Origin: Trichosphaerium sp. ATCC 40318
Lineage: Eukaryota > Protista > Tubulinea
DNA: 64,000 bases
Direction of reading: 5' to 3'
Assembly (NCBI GenBank): GCA_038496445.1
Contig: JALMLS010000231.1
Coordinates: 124,001 to 188,000 of the forward strand
Part shown: in pieces, positions 54,101-64,000 of the stretch
How positions within the stretch are numbered: position 1 is the first letter of the stretch
Layout of the letters: the number at the start of each line of letters is the position of its first letter
The notes under the pieces: generated by a model
Databases searched by the model: none
What the model was told of the DNA's origin: nothing
What the model saw: only the letters and a program-made list of their open reading frames with translations
Position numbers and translations under genes: made by a program

Positions 54101-55018
54101 ATGGCTACTATTCATTACCTGTTTCTATCCGCTCCATGTCGTATTGCTCACATTGGTGCTCTTGCTACTGGGACTGATGTAACTCTCAAGGTACTCAGCG
54201 TCAAACAGTACCAACTTAGTTGCTAATACAGCATCCGTTAGCCTGTAGATTTGCTCAACGGTGAGCATAAACAAGATGCCTATTTAAAAATAAACCCAAA
54301 GCACCAAGTACCATCTGTGACTGAAGGAGATGTTGTAGTACGCGACTCAAGTGCTATTCTCAGGTACATTCAAAAACAACATTTTTTTCTCCGCAAATCC
54401 ATAAAACAAATTAACCGCTTACACCCAAATAGGTATTTTAGCATTCAAAATCCATCGCCTGTTTACCCAATAAACAACGCAGTAGCACTCGCTCCAGTAC
54501 GTTTACAACTTCATATGAAATCGAGTTGAAACGTAATATCACGTTTTTTTTGGAAACGACACCTAACGATTTGTTTTTTCCGTAGATTGACTCAGCGTAT
54601 GAATCTATTCGTAGTGATATCTTCAACACTTGCAATATGTTTGCTGTTGAGAATTGCTTTGTTTCAAAGGTGTACAAGCAAAGAGATACATGTCCTAAAA
54701 AGCTGAAAGAGATCACCGACAAACTGCAAGCTGAGGTATTTTCAACACTTTTTTTTTTGGTATTCCTTGTATTTGCTTACCTTTGAATAGCTAGCATTCT
54801 ATGAGAAGAACTACTTCAAGAACTCACGTTTCTTGGTTGGGTACTCTGTGTCCATGGCTGATTATGCACTATGTGTTTCTCTCGCTCAAGCTACTGGTAC
54901 TGGATACAAGGACGCTCTTCCTAAAAAGATTGCTTCGTTGTTCAAAAAAGTTAAGAAAGATCCTGTGTACAAGGAAGCACACAAAGCTTTCTTCGAGTTC
55001 GCCACCACTATGGAATAA
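54101..55018 (+). CDS. cytosolic glutathione S-transferase (theta/delta-like)
   Basis: SAPCRI N-terminal motif, VDLLNGEHKQDAYLKINPKHQVPSVTEGDVVVRDSSAILRY, FLVGYSVSMADY. Confidence 0.9.
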
Positions 55019-55392
55019 TCAAGCATCATAACTATGTACCTTGTTAATAAATCCACATCAAGAGCAGCAAGTTAGCTTCAAGTCTTCACTTTTCTTCTTG
55101 TCAATGCAAATGAAATTGTACTTGAACTCAATACTTGACACTTAATCGATAGTAAAATAATACGTGACTAGCATTCCACACTTGTTAGTTCTCAGTTGTT
55201 TTTAGTTTTGTATTTCTCGGTATTAACAGACAAATTAAAACCAAAGACTTCAAATCACTGCAGAGCATACTCATTTTTAATCACATGCAGCCATAATCTT
55301 ACCACTGTGGCACACTATTTTCTACTAAGGACGATAGTGCACGCTCTTAAAAGGCGCGTGCCATTTGCTAAAAAGTAAATAACCAACTTGGC

Positions 55393-55768
55393 ATGCAACA
55401 AAAACAACTCATTATTCTGCTCTGCTTGTATCTGTTGTGCATAGGTTCGACAGTAATCGTGTACTCGTGACAACTTTACTAAGAAATATACAATAGATGT
55501 ATCAACATCAACAGAATCTTCATCTGAACAAGAAACTGCAGCTAGAGATCTCCCTGTTACATTAGCTCCAACAAGAAATATTCCAGTCCCACCAACCCCT
55601 CCTGTAGTTCGTATCAAAGTACCATGTCATAATAGTCATCAATGTTACCTCCTTGCTCAACAACATTTATGTATTTTTGGTGCTTTTTGTAACAATGATG
55701 GGTTTTGCAGTACAGCTTGCTATGGTGATCCTATGTGTAAAAGTGACCCGTATTGTCCAGGCTATTAA
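55393..55768 (+). CDS. small secreted cysteine-rich peptide (8 Cys), not in the ORF track
   Basis: Exon 1 MQQKQLIILLCLYLLCI, phase-1 intron gttcga...caatag, exon 2 open to TAA at 55768: ...VPCHNSHQCYLLAQQHLCIFGAFCNNDGFCSTACYGDPMCKSDPYCPGY*. AATAAA ~6 nt downstream. Confidence 0.7.
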
Positions 55769-56029
55769 CAACAAATAAATCTCTTTGTATTGTCATTGTA
55801 TTCTCAGATTCACAATTTTGTTAGAGTAACAATTCACGTGGTTGCCACTACTATCACGTAGAGCCCACTTCATGATCTTGCTGCCGATTCAGGTTTTATA
55901 GTGTTTTTACGTCGTTCCTTGGTGTATGTTGTTTATTAGGTATGTTCTTCTGTGGTACACCAAAGGTATTTGCAAAAAAAATGACTATCATCAGATGTTG
56001 TTAAATTATTTGAAGATACACTCATTGTG

Positions 56030-56200
56030 ATTCAAAAATACAACACCCGATGCGCTTTCAATGCTTTGATACCTTCGTCAGTTACTAGAGTGTATCTAAG
56101 GTCAATAGTATGAACTCCAGCCGTTAAGTTATGTTTTTAAGCAAACATATTTTGAGATCAGCGTCAACCAACGTTCTACAATTGGCGTACCAACTAAGTT
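56030..56200 (-). pseudogene. orphan fragment of the GVHTIDL-type LRR family
   Basis: Reads NCRTLVDADLKY...AGVHTIDLRYTLVTDEGIKAL, the same repeat type as 39682-40699. No start codon; bounded by stops. Confidence 0.6.
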
Positions 56201-56312
56201 GGAAAGTGTCAGATTACACGTTATTTAACATCTAAGGAAACTCAGGTTGGCGATGGTGGTTCTTTATTCAGTGTAACATAAACAACATTACGATGTGGCA
56301 TGATAGGTCAAC

Positions 56313-57224
56313 TTACATAAATGAATTGGCAATCATAAAAGCAAGTGCTACTGGAAATGGAGCAGCATAAAGGTAGTTCATTGGTAGATCCTTCATGAGG
56401 CCTGTAGCCATAGTATACTTCAGTGCACCAAGGTAATACAGGTAGAAAGGTAGAAAAGTCGTTGGCACGTGATAGCAGAAAATACGTAATCCTACCAAAA
56501 GACCTCTCTTTGATGCATTCAAATATGAGTACACATATCCTATTAAAAAAAATTTGATATTAATCACGTGAATAGGTAAAAACTCGTCAAAAGTTTTAGT
56601 GCATTGATATTCTATATCAATTAAAGTAGGAGATAGTATTCTACCTCTTGCTGGAACAATTTTTTGATGTGGTTGTCGATGACGTTAAAAAACGTTGAAG
56701 TTTTTTTTGGATTTGCTTTGGGAAATAAAAGGTCTAAACGGAGATTTGAGATGAAATGCCGTACCACAGCGACAAAGGAACATAAATAAGCTCGCATATT
56801 CCATGACGGTCTTGTCAACACCTACGGTCATGCAAACGATCGTACAAAGACCCCAATGTAACATTGCTATAGTACAAAGTTAAAATAACGTTGTTTTAGC
56901 GTGGGAAAAAGCGTTTTCCTTTGTGAAAAGTTTTTTGTGCTTTATATGGTGATAAAGCGTTTGCTTGCCTTCTCTGCTATTTTGCAAGCAACTCTTAACG
57001 CGAACGAGAAAGTCTGACATTTCTTGGTTTCCTTTTCCTTCTTTTTCTATTATAGCATCTATCTCTGCGCGTGGGGAAACACCCTTGTAGTACAATTAGC
57101 ATTGCAGAATTAAAACCAAGCTTACTTTCATAATCTTTCTATTTCTCCCCAGATATTTGCTTAAAACGCCCCATGTTATCCAATGTAAGCCTTCTAGGCC
57201 AGCTAAACACAGTACAGGATTCAT
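56313..57224 (-). CDS. MAPEG-family membrane protein
   Basis: FLVRVKSCLQNSREAMLHWG (R...(H)N..E motif)...ASLFMFLCRCGYVYSY...GLRIFCY; several TM segments. Needs one GC-AG intron. Confidence 0.7.
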
Positions 57225-57428
57225 TGTCTTTCTTGGGCTTAGTGGTCCACTAATATGGAATGTTAAGTCGGATGAAGCTTAAGCTAAAATTGCAGTCAGG
57301 TGTCCAACAGTAGATCAAGGCAACTAGTGAAGCTCTCAAAGAATTCGTGGTACACGAACGACCACAGAAAGAGAACTTTTCTGAAAAAATAATGTGTTTA
57401 TTTTAAGAGTACAGAAATCACTTAATAT

Positions 57429-57812
57429 TTAGTCTAGTTCTATCAATTCTTCTACAAATGTCTTTCCAGATACCAGTTTTGTGGTAGCAATAATAAACTT
57501 TCGATCTACATTAATCATTACCAATGGAAAAAGCAAGAAAAAAAAGAGAAAAAAAAAGCACCGTACGAACCTTCAAACTTTTGTGCTAAAAACCGGACTG
57601 CTGATATTTCCGTAAACGTAACACCTAGACCTTACATTAATGTGACAAAACAAAAGTAGAATATCCTTACCTCCAACAAAGAAAACTAATGTCAATTTCG
57701 ACTGCCCATTAGTACGAAGTACGGTTGTTTTCTGCACAGCCGAAAAGCTTGGTCCTGGTACTAGTTTTACGGCTTCATCCACTTTACTTCCTGCAAAGGA
57801 CCAGTCTTGTTT
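57429..57812 (-). pseudogene. isolated 3' exons of a Vps33 (Sec1/Munc18 family)-like gene
   Basis: W...VKLVPGPSF...KLTLVFFVGGVTFTEISAVRFLAQ...FIIATTKLVSGKTFVEELIE* matches the Vps33 C-terminus. No upstream SM sequence found. Confidence 0.7.
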
Positions 57813-57981
57813 CTGTAGCGAAAGATTAAACAAAACTGAGTAGAAAACAAAGGCAAGAAAGGGCTACCATTACTGCTTTCTGTTGGATTTTTTTTGAAGT
57901 CGGTATATCGCTGGTTTATAGTACTAGAACCTACTGAGGTGGTACTACCAAATTGTCTCAGTGTTCTATGTTTTATGTTAA

Positions 57982-58521
57982 GGGGGCACGCTGAGAATGA
58001 AATGACCTTAGCCCCACGGGCATCTTCGGGCTTTAAACCCATCTAAAATCGCGTAAAACGCTGAAAAAATAGGATAGCGAACTGTGTAGATTGATTACTT
58101 GAGTTCAAAGCCCGAAATGTCATTTTTTTTCTCAACTTTTTGACCTTAATTACACGGATTTGAAACAACTTTTAAAGCTATTCGTCCGCTATTTCACCAC
58201 TTGGAGACGCATTTTAGGTGGTGTAGAGCAAATTCGTTATTTTTTTTTGCTTTCAAATTGAGACTTTTTATTGAAAGTGTACCCATAGCATGTAATACGT
58301 GTGTAGATGCTATGGGTAACGTAGTTTTGAACAAATGTGCTTTTAAACAGAAAGATTGAAAAAATGCAGTCGTTTTTTGAAAAAAAAAACTTTTGCAACA
58401 AAAAAACGTCACAAAAAGGCACACGCTAAAAGTTGGGTTTTTCAAAAGCCCTCATGTCAAAGATATAGGCACGAAAATTTGAGCCGATTTGAACAATTTC
58501 TGCACATCTCAGCGTGCCCCC
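57982..58521. mobile_element. 540-bp non-autonomous DNA transposon (MITE), TTAA target duplication, Kolobok-like termini
   Basis: Perfect 15-bp TIRs GGGGGCACGCTGAGA (57982-57996) and TCTCAGCGTGCCCCC (58507-58521), flanked by TTAA at 57978-57981 and 58522-58525. No transposase ORF. Confidence 0.9.
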
Positions 58522-59160
58522 TTAAGCCTTAACCTCTCTAGGTCAATTTTGGCATTGTTCAGCAACGGTGTGCCTGTAGTGGTCATGTCTTTAGTATTGT
58601 AGAAAAGTAGATTGTTTAGCCGTATTAGCAGTGATTGTTCAGTGAAACAGACTCAATAATTGAAGAACAACAAAGCTTCTACAAGTCACTGTAATTGTTT
58701 GCAAATCATAGTATATGTTTACCCGCTTTAATACATTGTGGTGAGGAAGAAAAACTGGCAGTCATGCTTATCCAAAACAACTGAAGTCCAAAACTACGTA
58801 CTTTTTTTCCACTTTGACCAAAAGTAAAAACTCCGGATTTTGTTGGCATAGTCCTATAAGATCCATACCATGCTCTCAAAAGGATTATAGCAATAATAAG
58901 TACAATTCACAACCACTAGCGGGTTGTTATCCTAACATGAAAGTGCGAATTGCCGGAAGACAATAACCTTTTATTCGTGTTGTTCCAGGACTATTGCAAA
59001 GCGTTTTTTTCCCACTGTTAACAATAGTTGCTAGTTTCAGGTGCGTTTTCGGTTTTGATCTTTTGATGACCACAGTTGCCAATAGTAGAGTGATTCGTTA
59101 AGAGAATACATGTCTGATTCTCATGAACATTTTTTCAACAATTATTCTTCATTCTACTAC

Positions 59161-60318
59161 ATGATGCATCTCTCCTTTGTTCTTCCTATATTTCTATGTA
59201 TCGCCATCGTGGCAGGAAACCTACAACAATGCCTGAGCAACTTCAACGTCTATCCAACTGGTACAAAAAAAACCTCTTTTCAACTCTCGTTTGGCTCGCA
59301 TTGACGCTGTCTTTGTAGGCGTTGATGATAACTACAACCTATTATCTCGTCAAGGAACACACTACGATACTCATTGGAGTATATGCGATAGTTCAAACTT
59401 ACCTGCATTCAATACATGCTTTGGCGCTGGCAGTAGCCCAAATCCTTGTTGTCCTACAAAGATTACAAACTGGGCTCCAAATTCATGGGAAGATCCTGTT
59501 GACAACGCAGGCATAACAAGCGTATGTACTACCACCTCTCCTTTTGAATTCTTATTCCAACGAAGGGTTTCTGGATTGAAGCTTCAAGCACCGATATTGA
59601 GACGTCAATGTTATTGTTCGCTCATACTTTCAATGTACCTGCAAGTACGCCAAAGTTCTGCAATGTAGATTATCAAGTAACCTTCCTTTAGACTGCGCAA
59701 CAGCTACTTTGAAAGGAAGGTGTTGGGCGGATAATATGGTTAACTGGGGTGGTTTGAATGGTGTTATACAACCACTTCCGTGCTCTCCTTATGATGCTAG
59801 CTCAGACTATACCAATTCTCCTTCTTTTGAGTTGAACGCTTCTACAGGTCTTGTAGCTGGTGACAATACTCTTACGTTCTTTGTACGTAACTACCAGGAT
59901 AAAGAAGGTTTGTTAGTTATCTGGGACGAGTGTAACTGCGAAATTACGCCAACAGTAGCACCAACGCCTGAACCTGTTTGCGTACCTCATTTAACAGGAA
60001 CATCAACAGTTAAGAGTTGCAATGAAACCTATGCTGTCGAAACTGCAACTCTTGAAGCACGTGACGATTGTGAAGCGTAAGTTTAATTTGTTTTAACGTA
60101 TGCCCGTTCATACCTGACTTCATTGTAGGCAATGCTTTGCTCAAGGCAAGCATCTTAAAAGTATCGGAGGATGTGGTGTTGAGGATAAACAACTTGGTCT
60201 TGATTGTTGCGATGATGGTCTTCTTGATATTGTGTCGGTTGAATGCGCCTGTTGTTGTGATTGTAATCCTACTCCAGCGCCTGCATACGCCACTAGACCA
60301 CCTGCTAGCCATGAATAA
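59161..60318 (+). CDS. secreted protein: beta-sandwich (lectin/galactose-binding-like) domain plus Cys-rich C-terminal domain
   Basis: Signal peptide. YPTGVDDNYNLL...DTHW...FWI...HTFNV...LKGRCWADN...LNG...GLVAGDNTLTFFVRN...GLLV. PTVAPTP linker, Cys-rich tail ending ...PPASHE*. Confidence 0.7.
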
Positions 60319-60757
60319 ACAAAAAAAAAAGCTGCTATTTGCAGCACAAGAATTGCCTTGTGAGAATTGTTCTAGTTACAAGTTTAATGTAAGTGTCAAT
60401 ACTAAAGTAATAGTGAGCGCTGATTATCAAGAACACTTTATTATCCTACACAACCAACAACCACAGTGTTTATCTACGAATACTACAACCAATAAACCCT
60501 GCAGCTATATGGAAATGGAACTCAACACGCTATTCAGCCTTTAGCCCATGTAAACAGCATAGTCATAGCGCCATGGAACTTTGGTTTCAAGTGTAAAGTT
60601 GCTAATCTACAGAATAATGAGTCTTCTAGAACGTAAATAATAAATTATTGTTTATTACTTTGTTCTGACCGAGGCTGACTCTTACAGGTAAATTCGCTCT
60701 CACATTACATTCAAAAATGTACACAACATTACTTGTCAGGCATTTAATAGCGTTTTT

Positions 60758-63700
60758 TTAAACCTTCAATGAGCTGCCTGAGCTATTGCTCTCTAGATAT
60801 GCAATTCGGGCAAGTAGTTTGGCATTTTCTTTCTCCAGTTTAGTGATTCTGTAAAGGTGCTTTTTGTTTGCTTGTTTCAGTTCTTCCAATTCATTTTTAT
60901 GGTCTTGCTTTGGATTTGCAACTTCTTCATTGAAAGATGATTGATCAGTTTGATTTGGATTTGCAGATGCCCATAATTGTCTACATTTAAAATCAGAGGC
61001 CGTTTATTTTGAGCAGTTGTACCGTTTGGTTTTGAAATCCTCATATTCATCAGACAACTCATCACACGACCCAAATGATTTTGAAAGCTCTTGGCTCTTT
61101 TTAGTAGTCGGTGGCTTTTTTGATGTCATCTTTGTTGTGTCACTTGATTTATTCAGTTGTTGTTTTTTGGGATTCTTGACAACCTTAATGACATAACGTG
61201 CAACAGCCTGAACATCTATAGTACTAATTAAAATGCATAGCTACAGATCTTTTGCTGTGTTACCTTGAGCCACAACTAATTCATCATGTTGCCGGTTATC
61301 AATATTATCTTTAACTGCTTCTCCCTTATTGTTTACCACAGCATAATGACTTTGATATCCTGGTTTTATAGGCTTACCCTTAAAGTTAATGTTGTCTCTT
61401 GGTTTTTCTACTACCTAATATTACTTAAGCAGTATTTATAAATGTTTTTACATACAGGATACACATTCCCTGGTGTAACTAAACTTAGAATAAGTGTTTT
61501 TTCAGGGTTTCCAGAAGTGTCATAAGAGCAAGCATAATTGATACTATTCTATTCAAAAACATGTTAACAAAATTGGAGATAGGGATAGTGATAAACCATA
61601 CTGTAAAGTAGATCCCTTGTCCATAAAATCCAGCATCTAGTGCACTTACTGTTCCAAAACCAGCTTTAACAATACTCTCGGCTGCCTCAGCACTTGTTCC
61701 ATGGACCATTAATACAACAGGTATCTGAACAATTGGTTATTAGGTAAGGCTTGTTTATGTTACAAGGTACCTGTTCTAAACTAATACAAGTCAAACTATT
61801 TTTAGAAATCAGGTGCAAAAACTTGTTGGCAATACTTGTCCGTTGGGTATGATAAGTATTGTGTTTCCAACTGTCCTTACAAAACAAAGTAGGTAGCTCT
61901 CTAAAATAAATCAGTACTATTGACAATACTTTTGTACATACTGGTGCCTGTGTTTCAGTATTTTATTGTACATCCCAAAGTTTTGAAGCAACACATCATT
62001 GCAAACAAGATGTGCTGATACAACAGTGACTTTATCATATCCATGCATTTTAGACAGCTGGTCATGAAGAAGCTGCAATTCACGTTTGGCCACAGTATCA
62101 GTCTTGTCAAAAAGGTTCAAGCTTCTGTAATGTGTAGCTTTTTCAACAAAACCCCTTTTAAAGTATTAACAATAACATGAAGAAATGAAACAAACAAACT
62201 TGTTTTTTGATCTATCCCAGCCAGTTGCATACTCCAATCGTGGGTTTAAGTCCCATGATGTTTTGCTGTTTAATCCTTGTACTTGATAAGTCACAAGGTC
62301 TAAAAACAAAGCTGGTGTGCCTGCTATGGTATCGCCTAATGCTTGATTTGGTACAATAGGCTGAATTGCATAAGCTCCGCATTTACACTTGACGGTTCTG
62401 TCAGAAATCTACCAACGAAGTTTAACAATATATTGTTTGTATGTTGTGTACATTAGTTCCATCATGTGTTTGCTGGCTGCAGTAACTGCATATGAAATGC
62501 TCCTTGAAGGCTGTACAAAAGTAAGCATTTGTATATTGTTTTGGGTCATACTTCGTTTATCTGGTTGAATGGAGTTTATACACCAACCTTCTTGTATACA
62601 CTGTTGATAAATAGTACCAGTTTGTGTTCTTTTACTCCACATATCACGTGGCGTATCATACAAAATACCTTCCATCAGTTCTCCTTGCTGAATCCAAAAT
62701 GTCTAATAACAGAAGTTTTGCTCTTGAACCTTAAAAAAAAGACTATCACGTACTGATGATTGAACAAATATGCGGTTATAAGTGCAGATTAAATAGCGTA
62801 TACCTTTTTGCATCGCAAGTTTAAAGTAAGAGCGTGTGGGCTTGTGAGATTAGTTAAAGCAATTTGTACAGTATAATCTGTACCAAGTATTGTAGCCATC
62901 TCGCAAGATTGCATCTCCATTGTGGATAGCACTTGCCCATGTGCGCACAAGATAACCATAATAACTTACGTTGTTGTTTATTTGTTGGGAAATGTGTCAA
63001 CAGAGTTTCAAACACTTTGGTGTATGCAGGATCATTATCTACCACCTTTATCAAAATAGTTTTAAAACCAAACTTCTGTTTGCTCATTGTCTGTGAAAAA
63101 ACGTCATTTGCGTTTGATAAAATGAGAAACACTGAAGTATCCTCCAATTGAGCTAGTGATCGTCAAATTCAAGGTATTATAAAGCTAGTATCACCTGCAT
63201 AAAGTAATGGCGTCCATCCCTTATTATCTATTGCTTCAGTGTTGGCTTGAGATTTCACTAGCTGCTCAGCAACTCTACGGTGTCCATGTTTGGCTAGTAA
63301 TTGTTATTAATATAGTAGAGAGTAATTGCACCAGCGAAATGTAAAGCTGTATTGCCATCACAATCTGTAGCGTTGACATTTAAATTTGCATTGATCAGTA
63401 TTTCAACGATGCTTGTATATCCCCGATAAGCTAATATCTATGATTAGTTTACATTGTGTGCAATAATGCCACCTGCAAGATGTAAAGTTGTCCGTTTTTT
63501 ATCATCTATAGCATTGATGTTTGCTTGTTCATTGATCAATAGACTAACAATACTTGTATATCCACGATAAGCTGAAAAAGTGTTAGTAATGATTAATTCA
63601 CTTGAATGCTAATACCTGCATAATGTAAAGCTGTGCATCGTTCACAATCTGTAGCGTTGACATATGCGTTGGCTTTGATCAATAAGCTAACAATATCAAC

Positions 63701-64000
63701 ATGTCCATAAGATGCTTAGAAAATGTGAGTAATTCACTCATTACCAAAATTACTATATACCTGCATAATGTAAGGCTGTACATCTTCTATCATCTGTATC
63801 ATTGATATTTGCATTTGCTTTTATCAATATTTCAATAATACTTGTGTATCCACGATATGCTAATAACTATTGGTAAAGTGGCGTTTAACAGTATGACATA
63901 CCTGCTTTGTGCAAAGCTGTCCATTCTTTATCATCTTTAGCGTTGATATCTGCTTTAGCCTTTATCAGTAAACCAATGATGGCAGTGTGCCCAGTAGATG
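60758..64000 (-). CDS. ankyrin-repeat protein with C-terminal PARP-like ADP-ribosyltransferase domain and terminal coiled coil (5' partial)
   Basis: At least 6 ankyrin repeats (TALHYA..RGY..IV.IL....A.INA.D). ART: VHGTS...GFGTVSALDAGFYGQGIYFT.SINYA...KPGYQSHY...HDELVV. Tail LEKENAKLLARIAYLE. Confidence 0.88.

Noticed and set aside
54101-57224. GST and MAPEG as a glutathione gene cluster
   Set aside because: Convergent orientation with unrelated sequence between them; proximity could be chance.
57982-58521. MITE acting as an introner (spliced out cleanly)
   Set aside because: No strong donor/acceptor pair at the termini restores the frame; the nearby GT donor joined to the TIR acceptor gives an immediate TAA.
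62620-62735. Apparent in-frame TAG/TGA suggesting a variant genetic code in the Ank-ART gene
   Set aside because: Resolved by a short (~34 nt) GT-AG intron; the standard code fits throughout.
1-64000. Prokaryotic defence or CRISPR system, endogenous virus, tRNA or rRNA
   Set aside because: Intron-rich eukaryotic genes throughout; no repeat-spacer array, viral hallmark gene or RNA-gene signature seen.

Overview
AT-rich (roughly one-third GC), gene-dense eukaryotic nuclear DNA with very many short spliceosomal introns (mostly ~35-150 nt; common donors GTACGT/GTAAGT/GTATGT). The standard genetic code fits every gene I spliced by hand. Gene content (Cbl-like EF-hand/SH2 protein, class C GPCR, Rho GTPase, filamin-repeat protein) suggests a free-living protist, possibly an amoebozoan (inference). 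About 24 genes or gene fragments can be reconstructed; the ORF track only shows exon pieces. Housekeeping genes: mitoribosomal mS35-like protein, ZIP transporter, HPRT, GST, MAPEG. Unusual architectures: VWA-E2(UBC)-F-box fusion, HRDC-F-box, ankyrin plus PARP-like ADP-ribosyltransferase with an H-Y-E triad, and a large probably myristoylated protein with a polyproline tract and ~30 acidic helical repeats. Other notable signals: a 540-bp TTAA-flanked non-autonomous DNA transposon inside a coding exon upstream of an orphan Vps33 3' fragment, a Rho with both G12 and Q61 equivalents substituted, several GC-AG introns, a small secreted 8-Cys peptide missing from the ORF track, and strong, largely intronic over-representation of CACGTG. 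No rRNA, tRNA or CRISPR array was seen. Gene models are manual and boundaries may be off by a few bases; no database searches were run.
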